64,000 bases of DNA from Mobula hypostoma (taxonomy: Eukaryota): NCBI RefSeq assembly GCF_963921235.1, contig NC_086109.1, positions 682,001 through 746,000 on the forward strand, read 5' to 3'. The position numbers and the translations under genes were made by a program. The notes under the pieces were generated by a model that saw only the letters and a program-made list of their open reading frames with translations, made no database searches and was not told where the DNA came from. Numbering within the stretch: the stretch's first letter is position 1; every line of letters starts with the position of its first letter. This document shows, one piece after another, positions 1 to 12,663 of the stretch.

Positions 1-428
1 GATGAACTAGGCTTATACTCGTTGGAATTTAGAAGATTGAGGGGGGATCTGATTGAAACATATAAAATCCTGAAGGGATTGGACAGGCTAGATGCAGGAA
101 GGTTGTTCCCGATGTTGGGGAAGTCCAGAACGAGGGGTCACAGTTTGAGGATAAAGGGGAAGCCTTTTAGGACCGAGATTAGGAAAAACTTCTTCACACA
201 GAGAGTGGTGAATCTGTGGGATTCTCTGCCACAGGAAACAGTTGAGGCCAGTTCATTGGCTATATTTAAGAGGGAGTTAGATATGGCCCTTGTGGCTAAA
301 GGGATCAGGAGGTATGGAGGGAAGGCTGGTGCAGGGTTCTGAGTTGGATGATCAACCATGATCATACCGAATGGCGGTGCAGACTCGAAGGGCCAAATGG
401 CCTACTTCTGCACCTATTTTCTATGTTT
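1..428 (+). mobile_element. Young CR1 LINE (family A), 3' end
   Basis: ORF2 C-terminus RRLRGDLIETYKI...RTRGHSLRI...FFTQRVVNLW, then a short 3' UTR ending TTTCTATGTTT; near-identical to copies at 17.2, 48.2, 55.2, 62.1 and 63.2 kb. Confidence 0.9.
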
Positions 429-429
429 T

Positions 430-620
430 AACCTCATCAGGTCTCACCTATCACCTCCCAGTTTGTGCTCTTCCCCTTCCTTCACCTTCTTATTCTGGTT
501 TCTGGCCCTTTCTATTCCAGTCCTGCTGAAGGACCTCAGTCCAAAACATGAACTGTTCACCTCCCACCATAGATGTTGCTTGGCCTGATGAGTTCCTCCA
601 GCACTTCCTGTTTGTTATTC
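430..620 (+). mobile_element. Degenerate Penelope-like terminal repeat fragment with a decayed hammerhead
   Basis: CAGTC-CTGCTGA-AGGACCTCAGTCC-AAAA-CATG-AACTG (518-555), followed by ATAGATGTTGCTTGGCCTGATGAGTTCCTCCAGCA resembling the other PLE ends. Confidence 0.55.
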
Positions 621-869
621 AAGAGAGGCTCTGTGACCGCAAAGGTCATCCAACCCCCACCCTCAACTCCCTCCATTTTTGATTGCTGCATGAAATGAGT
701 CTTCACCACATTCTAGATGGGAGGGTGGCTTGCTTTCATGGAGGGGAGACCACTCAGTTTGAAGTTCAGGCAGACCCCTCAAGAGGAGAAATAGAAGGGA
801 GGGCACCTGGAAAGACCTGGTTTCTACACAGACAGATATAGAAAAAATAAGAATCAAACGCAAGAAGAG

Positions 870-2980
870 ACCATTCAGCACATTCAGTATTGTGTTCTGT
901 TCTGGCTGCATCATTATAGGAAGGATGTGGAAGAGCGAATGCAGAGGAGATTTACCGGAGGATGCTGCCTGGATTAGAGATCATGTCTAATGGGGAAAGT
1001 TTGAGCGAGCTAGGACTTTTGTCTTTGGAGTGAAAAAAGATGAGAGGTGACTTGATAGAGGTAAAAAAGACGATGAGGGGCGTAGATAGAACGTGTAGCT
1101 GATACCTTTTCCCCAGTGCAGCTATGCGAGGGGGCATAATTTTATGATGAGTGAAGGAAAGTATAGGCGAAATCCCAGAGTTTTTTTTCCACACACAGAG
1201 TGATAAGTGCATTGTACACACTGCCATGTGGGAAGAAGGGAGTAGATTGGCTTTGGAGTAGGTTAGCACAAAAGCACAGTATCTTCAGCCAAAGGGTCTG
1301 AACTGTGATATGCTATTCTATGATCAGTGACTATCCTTCTCTCATTTAACCCACAAGCATTGGAGAAAACTCAGGAAAAAAGTCTGGTGAACTCAGAATA
1401 AATGAATACAGAATGGACCCGATCAGTGAGGACATTGGTGGTGCCGCCTCATCAGAAAAGAGGATCTGTACAGGAGAGCCAAGCACTCCAGTTATGGGAA
1501 GAGATTGGAGAGGCTGGGCCTGATCTCTCTGAAGCAGAGGAGGCTGAGAGGTCACAAGAGTCTTCTAGCCATGAATCAAAGAAACAGGCTGTCAATCAGT
1601 TTTATAAAATCATGTAGATGATAGGATTCTATTTCTCTTGGTGAGAATCTTTCAGACAAGAGAGTTTATAATGATGGGAAGTTTCAGAGGAGTTCTGGGA
1701 AGTCTGCTTTTCCCATAGGAGTTTCGAACTTATTCACACTGCCTGAAGGTGGGGTGGAGTGTGGAGGCAGAGACTCTCATCACACTGATGCCTCTGGACC
1801 AGCATTTGAATCACCGAGGAAGGTACGGACTGAGTGCTGTGAAATGGAATTGAAATAGATAGAGACAATAATCACCATGGGCATGATGGGCCGAAAGTTC
1901 TTCATCTGTGCTGCATAATACCAACACCAATCCTGGAGCCGCAGGCAAGTTTTTGGTAGATTAGAGCACAGTAAATGGTGTGACTTCAGTTAAGAAGGAC
2001 AGCAAAGAAAAATCTATGAACTATGGACCAGTAAGCAAAACAACTGTGGTTGGTAGGTTACTACAGGGAATTCAGAGGAATAAGTTACACGAACATCTGG
2101 AGGGACAGGGGTTGATTAGGGATAGTCAATACACCTTTGTGTGTGGGAAATCATGTTTCATGAACTTGATTGAGCTTTTTGATGAGGTGTCAAAGAAGGT
2201 CCATGAAAGCAGGTCAAGCCATGGTCTATATGGAATTCAGTAAGGCCTTTTTTAAGGTTAAGCATGGCCATCGGCTATGGGTGCAAGATCACTCCAGATC
2301 CAAGGAGATCTGGCTAATTGATGGCTAATTGATGAACCAATTTCCCCCTGGGATCAATAAAGTATGACTATGACTATGACTACTATGTGTAAAGCAGAGG
2401 GTGATGATGGAATAGAGGCCCATGATTATACCACTGCTATTATACCCAGAGGTGTACCACTGCTATTATCAGCTACATCTATATGGATGAAAATGTACAA
2501 AGGATGGCTTGTAAGTTTGCAAGAAGTCATTGGTATTGTTTGTAGGTGGTATTGTTAACAATGAAGATGATTATCAGGGTTTACGGTGGGATCTTGACCA
2601 TTTTGAAAAGTAGACCGAGAAATGGTAAATGGAATTTAATTTTGTACGTGCGAGGTATTGCAATTTCAAAAGTTATATCCAGGTAGGAAGTGCCCTGGAG
2701 AATGTTGTGCTACAGAGAGACCTTAGAAAACTTGGTACATGGTTTTTGAAAGTGGCACCTCAATAAACGTGATGGTGAAGAAGATGCTTTTCATCAGTCA
2801 GGGTGCAGGGTAAGAAGTTGAGATTTTATGGTGCAGTTGTACAAGAGGCCATAATTGGAGTATGGTGTTCAGTTTTGCTCACTCTACTGTAAGAAATGTT
2901 ATTAAACTGGGAAGTGTGCTGAAAAGATATACAAGGATGTTGGCAGGATTGTAAGGACTGGGTTAAAGGGAGAAGCTGGA
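870..2980 (+). mobile_element. Cluster of old CR1 LINE fragments
   Basis: Decayed ORF2 motifs (ORF 1980-2243 GLIRDSQYTFVCGKSCFMNLIELF; RGDLIEV-like DNA at ~1040). Confidence 0.7.
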
Positions 2981-2988
2981 CTATAATA

Positions 2989-5515
2989 CCATAAGACATA
3001 GGAGCAGAATTAGGCCATTTGACCCATTGAGTCTGCACTGCTATTCAATCATGGCTGATACTTTTTTACTCCTCCTGAACCCTATTTCCCAGCCTCCTCC
3101 CAGTAGATTTTGATGCCATGTCCAATCAAGAACCTATCAATATCTGCCCTAAATACATCCAATAACCTGGCCACCAGAGCTGCACATGGCAACAAATTCC
3201 ACAAATTCACCACCGTTTGGCTAAAGAATTTTTCTGCATCTCTGCTTTAAATGGATGCCCCTCTAACCTGAGGCTGTGCCCTCTTGTCCTAGACTCTCCC
3301 ATCTTGGGAAGCATCCTTTCCACATCTACTCTGTCTCGGCCTTTCAACATTTGAAGGGTTTCAATGAGATCCCCCCTCATCCTTCTAAATTCGAGCGAGT
3401 ACAGACCCAGAGCTATCAAACGTTCCTCATATGATAAACTTTTCATTCCTGGAATCATCCTTGTGAGCTTCCTCTGGACTCTCTCCAATGCCAGCATATC
3501 TTTTCTAAGATGAGGAGCCCAAAACTGCACACAGTACTCAAGGTGAGGTCTCACCAGTGCCTTATACAGCCTCAGCATCACATCCCTGCTCTTGTATTCT
3601 GGACCTCTTGAAATGAGAGCTAACATTGCATTTTCCCTCCTCACCACCAACTCAGCATTTAAGGTGTTCTGCACAAGGACTCCAAATCTATTTGTATCTC
3701 AGATTTTTAGATTTTCTCCCCGTTTAGAAAACAATCCATACATTTATTTCCACTACCAAAGTGCATGACCATGCATTTTCCATCATTATATTTCATTTGC
3801 CACTTTCTTGCCCATTCTCTGAATCTAAGTCTTTCTGCATCCTACCTGTTTCCTCAACACCACCTGCCCCTCCATCAATTTTCTTATCATCTGCAAATTT
3901 GGCCACAAAGCCATCTATTTCATCATCTAAATCATTAATATACAACATAAAAAGAAGTGGTCCCAACACCGACGCCTGCGGAACACGACTACATACTGAC
4001 AACCAACCAGACAAGGATCCTTTTATCCCCACTCGCTACCTCCTTCCAATCAGCTAATGCTCTAACCATGTTAGTAATTTTCCTGTAATACCACGGGCTC
4101 TGAACTTGGAAAGCAGCCTCATGTGTGGCACTTTGTCAAAGGCCTTCTGAAAGTCCAAATATACAACATCCACTGCATTCCCTTTATCTATCTTACTTGT
4201 AGTCTCCTCAATGAATTCCAGCAGGTTTGTCAAGCAGGAATTTCCATGGAGGTAACCATGCTGACTTTGGCCTATCTTGTCCTGTGTCACCAAGTACTCC
4301 ATCACCTCATCCTTAACAATTGTCTCTGACATCTTCACAACCGGTAAGGTTAGGCTAACTGGTCTATAATTTCCTTTCTGCTGCCTTCCCCCTTTCTAAA
4401 GAGTGGAGTGATGTGCAATTTTCCAGCCTTCTGGCACCATGCCAGAGTCCATTGATTTTTGAAAGATCATTTCTAATTCTGCCACAATCTCTAACGCTAC
4501 CTCTTTCAGAACCCTTTGGTGCAGTTCATCTGGTCAGGGTGACTTGTGTACTTTTTAGGTCTTTCAGCTTCTTGAGCATCTTCTCCCTTGTAATAGTAAC
4601 TGCACCCACTTCTCTTCATTAAACATACTACAACATCTGGCACACTGTTAGTGTTTTCCACAGTGAAGACTGATGCAAAATATTCATTTAGTTCATCTGC
4701 CATCTCCTTGTCTTCCGTTATTATTTCTCCTGCCTCACTTTCTAGCAGTCCTATATCCATTCTCATCTATCTTTTATTTTTTACATACTTGAAAAAGTTC
4801 CTGCTATCTACTTTGATATTATTTGTTAGCTTGCTTTCATATTTCATCTTTTCCCTTCTAATGATTCTTTTAGTTGTTCTCTATAGGTTTTTAAAAACTT
4901 CCCAATCCTCTATCTTCCCACTATTTTTTGCTTTATTGTTATCCCTTTCTTTTGCTTTTACAATAGCTTTAACTTCCCTTGTCAGCCACTGTTGTACTAT
5001 TTTACCATTTCAGTATTTCTTTATTTTTGGAATACACATGTCCTGCACTTTCCTCATTTTTCCCAGAAACTCATGCCATTGCTGCTCTGCTGACATCCCT
5101 GCCAGCAGCTCCTTCCAATTTACTTTGGCCAACTCCCATCTCAAACCACTGTAATTTCACTTACTCCACTGAAATACTGCTACATGACTTTACTTTCTCC
5201 CTATCAAATTTCAATTTGAACACAATCATATTGTGATCACTGGTTCCCAAAGGTTCTTTTACCTTAAGCTCCCTAATTGCCTCCGGTTCATTACATAACA
5301 CCCAATCCAGTATAGCTGATCCCCTAGTAGGCTCAACGACAAACTGCTCTAAAAAGCCATCTCTTAGACATTCAACAAATTCACTCTCTTGAGATCCGTT
5401 ACCAACCTAATTTTCCCAATCGCCCTGCATGTTAAAATCTCCCATGACTCTCATAACATTGCCCTTTTGACACGTCTTTTCTATTTCCTGTTGTAATCCA
5501 TGGTTCACATCCCAG
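2989..5515 (-). mobile_element. CR1 LINE (family B), frameshifted ORF2
   Basis: ORFs 3207-3674, 3793-4032 and 4054-4338 give RT motifs (DVVYLDFQKAFDKVPH, VPQASVLGP, KFADD, LVRPHLEYCVQFW); 3' tail read as CCATAAGACATAGG on the plus strand. Confidence 0.9.
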
Positions 5516-8150
5516 TCACTGTTGCAATCGCATTTCTTTCTCAGCACTATCTACCTGTCCATCTATCTTTGTATCATCTGCAAACTTTGCCACAAAGCCA
5601 TCAATCCCATTCTCTAAATGACTGGCAAACAATGTGAAGAGTAGCAGTCCCAATACTGACCCCTGAGGAACACCAGTAGTCACTGGCAGCCAACCAGAAA
5701 AGGCCTTTTTTATTCCCACTCAATGCCTCCTGCCTGCCATCCATTCCTTTATCCTTGCCAATATCTTTCCTGTGAAGCCATAGGATTTTAACATGTTAAG
5801 CAGTTTCGTGTGTGGCACCTTATCAAATGCCATTTGAAAATACAAGTAAATGATATCCACTGCCTCTCCTTTGTCCACCCAGCTGGATACTTCCCCAAAG
5901 GACTCTAACAGATTTGTCAGGCAAGGTTTCCCTTACAGAAACCATGCTTCATTTGACTTGGTTTATCATTAGTCTCAAGTTACCCGGAAACCAAATCCTT
6001 AATGATAAACTCCAACACTTTCCCAGCCACTGAGGTTAGGCTAACTGGCCTACAACTTCATTTCCTTTACCTTCCTCCCTTCTTAAAGAGAGGAATGACA
6101 TTTTCAGTTCTCCAGTCCTCCAGGTCCATGCTAGAATCAAATGATTCTTGAAAGATCATGTCCAATGCATCTGTTATCTCTACAGCAACCTCTCTCAGGA
6201 CTCTGGGATGTAGTCATCTGGTCCAGGTGACTTATCCACCCTAAGACCCTTGAGTTTGCCAAGCACTTTCAGTACCCTGCTTTATATTATTGACAAGTAT
6301 GCCCTCATATTTCATCTTTTCCTTCTTATGGCTTGTTTAGTTGCCCTTTGTTGGGTTTTAAAAGCTTCCCAATCATCCAACTTCCCACTCACTGTTGCTA
6401 CCTTATATGCCTTTTCCTTGGCTTCTATGCAGTCCTTAACTTCCCTTGTCAGCCACAGTTGCCTATCCCTGTCATTTAAGAGCTTCCTCTTCTGTGGAAC
6501 ATGTCTATCCTGTGCCTTTTATTAATTCCAGAAACTTCAGCCTCCTCTGCTCTACCGTCATCCCTGCCAGTATCCTCCTACTGGTCAAGCTTCTCTCTCA
6601 TGCCTCTGTAACTCCCTTTATTCCATTGCAATATTGATACGTGAGACTTGTACTTCTCCCTCTCGAACTATACTATGAATTCAATCATATTATGATCACT
6701 GTCCCCTCAGGGTTCTTTTACAATAAGCTCCCTAATGAGATCTGGGTTATTACACAACACCCAATCTAAGATCGCCTTTTCCCTAGCAGGTTCAAGCACA
6801 AGTTGCTCTAAAAAGCCATCTCATAGGCATTCAACAAATTCCCTTTATTGTGATCTGACACCAACCTGATTTTTCCAAACCCCTTGCATATTGAAGTCCC
6901 CCATTACTATTGTGACGTTACCCTTGTTCCATGCCTTTTCCATGTCCTTTTGCAATCTCAACCCCACACCATGGCTACTATTTGAAGGCCTATATATGAT
7001 TCCCATCATGTTTTTTTTACCCTTGCAGTTTCTTAACTCCACCCACAAAGATTCAACATTCTCTGACCCTATGTCACCTCTTTCTAAACATGTAATTCCA
7101 TCTCTTACCAACAGAGCCATACACTGCCTATGCCTTTCTCCCTGTCCTTTCAATACAAAATATATTCTTGATGTTAGGCTCCCAGCTATGGCCTTCTTTT
7201 AGCCACGACTCAGTGATGCCCACAACGTCATGCTGGCTAATCTCTAATTGTGCCATGAGTTTGTCAACCTAATAATGAATGTGACGCACATTTAAAAACA
7301 GCACCTTCAGTCCTGCACTCTTCATCCTTTTGATCTTTGCCTGTGATATAACTAAACTCTTTGCTGTCTGCATTTGTACCCAGTCATTGGCTTATCCTTC
7401 CTTGCATTCATCTTACACCCATCATCTACTTGTAAACGTGCTGGCTCACCCTAAGCTCTATCATACTGGTTCCCATCTCCCTGCCCTATTAGTTTAAAGC
7501 ACTCCCAACAGCTCTAGTAAACCTGCTCCCAAGAATATTGGTCCCCCTCAGATTCAAGTGCAACCCATCCCTTTTGTACAGGTTCCATCTGTCCCAGAAG
7601 GGGTCCCAATGATCCAGAAAACTGAATCCCTGCACCCTGCTCCAATTCTTCTGCCACTTCATTCTATTCCTTTCCTCGCTGTCGTGTGGCACAAGCAGCA
7701 ATCTCAAGATTACTACCCTTGAGGTCCTGCTTTTCAGCTTCCTTCCTAACTCTCTGTATTCTGTGTTCAGAACCTTCTCCCTTTTCCTACCCATGTCATT
7801 GATACTAATATGTACCACAACTTCTAGCTGCTCTCCTTCCCCTTTCAGGATATTATGGACGTGTTCAGAAACATCGCGGACCATGGCACCTGGGAGGCAA
7901 ACTACTATCCATTTTCCTTTTTCTCACCCACATAATCACCTATCTGTCCTCCTAATTATAGAATCCTCTATTAGTGCTGCCATCCTCTTCAGAGCCACAG
8001 GGGCAGACTCAGTGCCAGAGGGATGGCTGCTGTTGCCTCTCCCATGTGGGTCCTCCTCTCTCCTTAGTGTATTCAAAATGGAGCACTTATTGTTGAGGGG
8101 GATGGCCACAATAATACTCCCCATTATCTGATGTTCTCCCTTCCCTACCT
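5516..8150 (-). mobile_element. CR1 LINE 5' portion: esterase ORF1, APE endonuclease and RT fragments
   Basis: 7489-7884 VVVHISINDMGRK...RDGLHLN (SGNH esterase); 6845-7153 GIIYRP..MGDFN; 5516-5719 GVPQGSVLG..KFADDTK. Confidence 0.85.
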
Positions 8151-9194
8151 ATTAATCTTTCTCCTGTGTCAGGCTAGGGTCTAAACATTGTTGGACGTGC
8201 TTCCAGCAACCTGTCCCTGATCTTACGTTCTGTGTTCAGATTGCAGAACAGTGATCCTTCCACCCTTCTGTCTCCAGATTGACACTTGTTATCCACACTT
8301 CTCGTTATACCACCCACCAACAGACAGTTGGAACCTAACAGAAGAGAGGGGAAAAGGACCATAGCGTGTGAGGAGGGCTGGGATCTGGGCAATGCAGACT
8401 TCACGATACAATTCTGCAGGAACAGAGGGAGCTGTACCATCCAATGGGGAATCCTTCCAGTGGAAGGAGTCACCGGTCCGACCCACAGAGAGTCGCAGTG
8501 TTACCAACTCACAGATTTGTACAGCACAGAAGCAGACCTATAGTGTCCATGGCGACCCTTCTGTCCATCTACACTGACCCTATTTGCTCAAATTAGGACT
8601 GTATCCTGTTCCTTGCTTTCTGGTAACTGTCTAAATGCTTGTTAAACATGGTGATGTGGTGAGCAGCAATGTTCTAACAGGGATACAGAAACAAAACATA
8701 ATGCAGAGGACTGAACCTGGAAACAGGAACTTGCCCACTTAGGGAGCAGCCTAATTCTCCATAAGGAAAAAATCCTGGATACCACACAAACCCTTGGTAT
8801 CCTGCAGATTGTCAACAAGCACCGAGGGCAGTTATAAACACTGTCCCTAGATCAGGATAACCAGATATTATCTCCAAGTTGCAAATGACAGAAAGCTGGG
8901 CTCTGAGGTGGACGGTTAGAGTGCAAAGTTGCAGGTTGATTTTGACTGGCTAAGAGAGTGGTAGAAATGTCAGCAGGTTAACGTAGTGGGGTGAATCAAA
9001 TCAGCTGTAATGCACTGTGGCCTCCTCCTGTGCCAGAGTTAATATGGAATTGTATCCCCAACACATCTGTTCCCCACCTTTCCCATTACAGCTCCGCAAC
9101 CATCACCAGTACCCCCCCCCACCTCCCCACACACAGATACATACACAACTCACCGGCCCTTCAGAAAGCCACTTCATACGTGCAAAACACTTAC

Positions 9195-9269
9195 GTCAGT
9201 GACATTGACGATGCCAATCTGGGGCGCGGACAAATCGATGTTGAATGTTTTCTCCCAGTATGGGTTCAG
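9195..9269 (-). CDS. CASQ1: Calsequestrin exon 10
   Basis: CTTTCTGCAG|CTG...GAC|GTAAGT; 75 nt; [25 protein letters not shown] with the conserved NVT glycosylation sequon. Confidence 0.95.
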
Positions 9270-9579
9270 CTGCAGAAAGGGAAATGGGAGAGAGGTGAGC
9301 AGAGATTAGAGATGGAGGGCAGGCATGGCCAAAGGGCAGGGGCAGCAAAAGAGGAATGACAATGACTTTTCCTCCCCAGAAGGAAGTTGGTGTAATGTTC
9401 AGGATAAACGTAAATATTTTGCCCCTCCTTCCAGGCTTGCAGCATCTTGCAAACTTTGACAGAAAGTGCCCACAGACATCCTATCCAACAGACTTCCCAG
9501 CACTCAACTCCTGGCAGGACCAGGAGAGGAGGTAGCCAGCCTGACGCAAGGCCCAGGACACTGGAAAGGGACCAATCAC

Positions 9580-10561
9580 AAGCAAAAGAAAATCTGCAGA
9601 TGCCAGAAATCCAAGCAACAAACACAAAATGCTGTAGGAACTAAGCAGGCCAGGCAGCATCTCTGGAAAAGAGTATAGTTGATGTTTTGGGCCAAGACCA
9701 TAAGTCATAGGAGCAGAATTAGGCCATTCAGCCGATCTAGTCCCTTCATCAGGACTGAAGGAAAAAAAGATGCGGAATCAGAGTTGGAAGGTGAGAGGAG
9801 GAGAGGAAGAAACACAAGGTGATAGGTAAAACCTTGAGGGGGTGAAGGATGAAGTGAAAAGGTGGGAAGTTGATTGGTGAAAGACATACAGGGCTGGAGA
9901 AGGGGAAATCTGATAGGAGAGGACAGAAGGCCATGGAAGAAAGAAAAGGGGGAGGAGCACTAGAGGGAAGTGATGAGCAGGTAAGGAGATAAGGTGAGAG
10001 AGGGAAAGGGGAAAGAGAAATGGTGAAGGAGGCAGTTTAATTCCACTTCCCATTCTGACATGTCAGTCCATAGCCTCCTCTACCGTCGTGATGAGGCCAC
10101 ACTCAGGTTGGAGGAGTAACGCCTTATATACCCTCTGGGTAGCCACCAACCTGATGGCATGAAGATCAATTTCTTGAACCTGGTAATGCCCTGGCCCCTT
10201 CAGCATTCCCCATTCCCTTTTCACCTCTCTCACCTTATCTCCTTACCTGCCTACCACCCCCCTCTCGTGCTCCTCTCCCTTTTCTTTCTTCCACTGCCTT
10301 CTGTCCTCTCCTATCAGATTCCCCCTCCTGTAGCCCTGACCCTTTTTCATTAATGAACTTCCCAGCTCTTAACTTTGATACCACCCCCCGGTTTCACCTG
10401 TCACCCTGTGTTTCTTCCTCCCCTGTCCCCGCCTTCTAACTCTGACTCATCATCTTTTTTTGTCCAGTCCTGATAAAGGGTCTCGGCCTGAAATGTCGAC
10501 CGTACTCTTTTCTATAGATACTGCTGGCCTGCAGAGTTCCTGCAGCATTCTGTGTCTGTTG
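9580..10561. mobile_element. Older Penelope-like inverted-arm insertion in intron 9
   Basis: Minus arm ~9580-10030 and plus arm ~10036-10561 are homologous to the 22.6 and 58.4 kb elements, including the GIY-YIG C-terminal remnant CCAACCTGATGGCATGAA. Possible decayed TSD CACTGGAAA at 9559 and 10562. Confidence 0.75.
10465..10502 (+). ncRNA. Degenerate hammerhead motif
   Basis: CAGTC-CTGATAA-AGGGTCTCGGCCT-GAAAT-GTC-GACCG; catalytic G8 changed to A. Confidence 0.55.
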
Positions 10562-11279
10562 CACTGGAAAAGGTTATGGTCAGAGTAAGTTTACAGCAAA
10601 GCCTGGCATTATCTGTAGGGATAAGCCAATGATGGAGTAAAGGGAACAGCTGGGTTGGAGTAAGGTTTAGGTTAAGGGTATTGTTAGGATTGCAAGTACA
10701 TTTAAATAAGGTCAGAGTGAGTCTGAGGCTGGGACACAATGAGCACTAGGAACTGAGCAAGTGTTTGGGTCTGGCTTCAGGTATGGGCTTGATGATGAGG
10801 GTCAGGCAGAGCATCGAAGTCAGGTTTAGAGTCAGTGACATAGAAAGTGGAACAGATGTTGGGAGGGGTTGGGGAGTGAGGGGCCTTGGGAATGGTTGGA
10901 AAGTGAGGCAGCTGTAGGTAAGGGTTGGGGAATGAAAGAGACATTGGGAAGTTTTTGGAAATGGGACAGACGTTGGGAAGAGTTGTGTAGTGAAGGCTCC
11001 TTGGGGAGGGTTGGCATGTGAGGAAACCATTCATATGAAAAGTGCTGGGAACTGTGGATTGATATGAAAGGTGAGGCTCATAGATTTGAGATGGTCTTAG
11101 AGCCTGGGCAGTGAGGTTGTACCCAGGTTTTGTGTGAGCTGGAGCTCAGGATGTTTTAGGGTAGGACAGGGATGTGGGAGTTTGGTTTGGGGAGTGAAGA
11201 CAAAGGTGTGTAGGTTTGGGGACAGGCTGTGTTCATCTGGGAACCATCAGTGAATCAAAGTTCTCAGTGCAACACGTAC

Positions 11280-11380
11280 CAGAGGGAAGTCTTCAGGATC
11301 GATCCAGATGATGCTGAGGTCTGGATTGTCAGTGTTGTCCTCTGCCACTTCCTTCAGAATCTCCAGGAATTCATAACCAT
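11280..11380 (-). CDS. CASQ1: Calsequestrin exon 9
   Basis: GTCCTAG|AT...CTG|GTACGT; 101 nt; (D)[33 protein letters not shown]. Confidence 0.95.
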
Positions 11381-11903
11381 CTAGGACAGGGAGAATCCAG
11401 GGGGAAAGAGAGAAGCAGTGATTATGGCAGTAATAGTACATCGATGCAACTTCACCTTCAGTGTGCCTCCTTGCCACCCCTCCCACAGAGCATAGCACCC
11501 TCACTGGCTCCAGCCACAGCTAGCAGGTCCCTCATTGCCCTACTGAACAGTGAGGAGCTCCCTTACTCAGCCCTTCCCATAGAATGGTGCTCCCTCAACA
11601 GTGAGGGGTTGTTAGTCAGAGAATTGGTTAGATAGCAACAGAAGTAATGGCCAGAGGAGGTTACAGAGACAGGGAGGTTTGTAGATGTCAGAGGAGGCTA
11701 CAGAGACAGGAAGGGTGCAGAGGCCAGAGAAGGTTGCAGGGATAAGGAAGCTGGGGGGACCAAAGGGGGTGACAGCAATGGAGAATGGGTCGGGGCCGGT
11801 GGGGTGACAGGAATAAAGACTGCTCTCTTGAAATAACTATTGCCCGTTGTATTTCCAAAATAAAGCCAACAAGATTGGTCTCAGCCCTGTCTCTGAGCAT
11901 CAC

Positions 11904-11958
11904 CTGCGTCATCCTCCTCTGCAAAGGCCACGATGTGTATCCCATTGATGTCGTCCTC
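11904..11958 (-). CDS. CASQ1: Calsequestrin exon 8
   Basis: GACTCAG|GAG...GCA G|GTGATG; 55 nt; EDDINGIHIVAFAEEDDA(D). Confidence 0.95.
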
Positions 11959-12118
11959 CTGAGTCCAGATGGGTGGTGGGGTGTAGGGATGGGGAAGACA
12001 AAGAATCACAAGGTCATGAAACAGCTTGTGTCACCAAAGCTGCATCACAGGCAGCGGAAGATGAAAGGTCACTAGAGGGGTGATAGCAGAACAGTCTCTG
12101 AGCAATATGAACACTCAC

Positions 12119-12164
12119 CCAGGTCTCGTACATACTATCAGGCTTCAGCTTCCGCAGAGTAGCC
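12119..12164 (-). CDS. CASQ1: Calsequestrin exon 7
   Basis: TTGCAG|G...TGG|GTGAGT; 46 nt; (R)ATLRKLKPDSMYETW. Confidence 0.95.
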
Positions 12165-12199
12165 CTGCAAACATTCAAACCGTTATGTTTAGAAAATCA

Positions 12200-12640
12200 T
12201 TGAGCATTTCCACAGTAAAGCTCCCCTTGCACTTATTTATTACACCCTCCCTCCACACTGTCCATCACACACTCCCAGGGGAGGGCCAGACACAGAGTGA
12301 AACTCCCTCTACACTGTCCCATCACATACTCCTAGGGGAGGGTTAGACACAGAGTGAAGCTCCCTCTACACTGTCCATCACACACTCCCAGGGAACGGAT
12401 TAGACACAGAGTGAAACTCCCTCTACATCATCCCATCACACACTCCCAGGGTACGCGTCAAACACAGAGTGAGACTCCCTCTACACTGTCCCATTACATA
12501 CTCCCAGAACACGAATCAGACAAAAGTATTGTTCTCTCTACACTGTCCCATCGCACACTGACAGAGCACGGTTCAGACATTGAGTGAAGTTCCCTCTACT
12601 GTGTCTCCCAGGGATGGGTTAGACACAGAGTGACGATCCC
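12200..12640. repeat. ~59-bp tandem repeat, about 7 diverged copies, intron 6
   Basis: AGACACAGAGTGAAACTCCCTCTACACTGTCCCATCACACACTCCCAGGG recurs about every 58-61 bp. Confidence 0.9.
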
Positions 12641-12663
12641 TCTGCTTTCTGCCCTCTGCTCAC

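Noticed and set aside
8227..8334. Possible decayed duplicate of exon 4
   Set aside because: Similarity is limited to the last ~20 nt and the donor; the rest does not align by eye.
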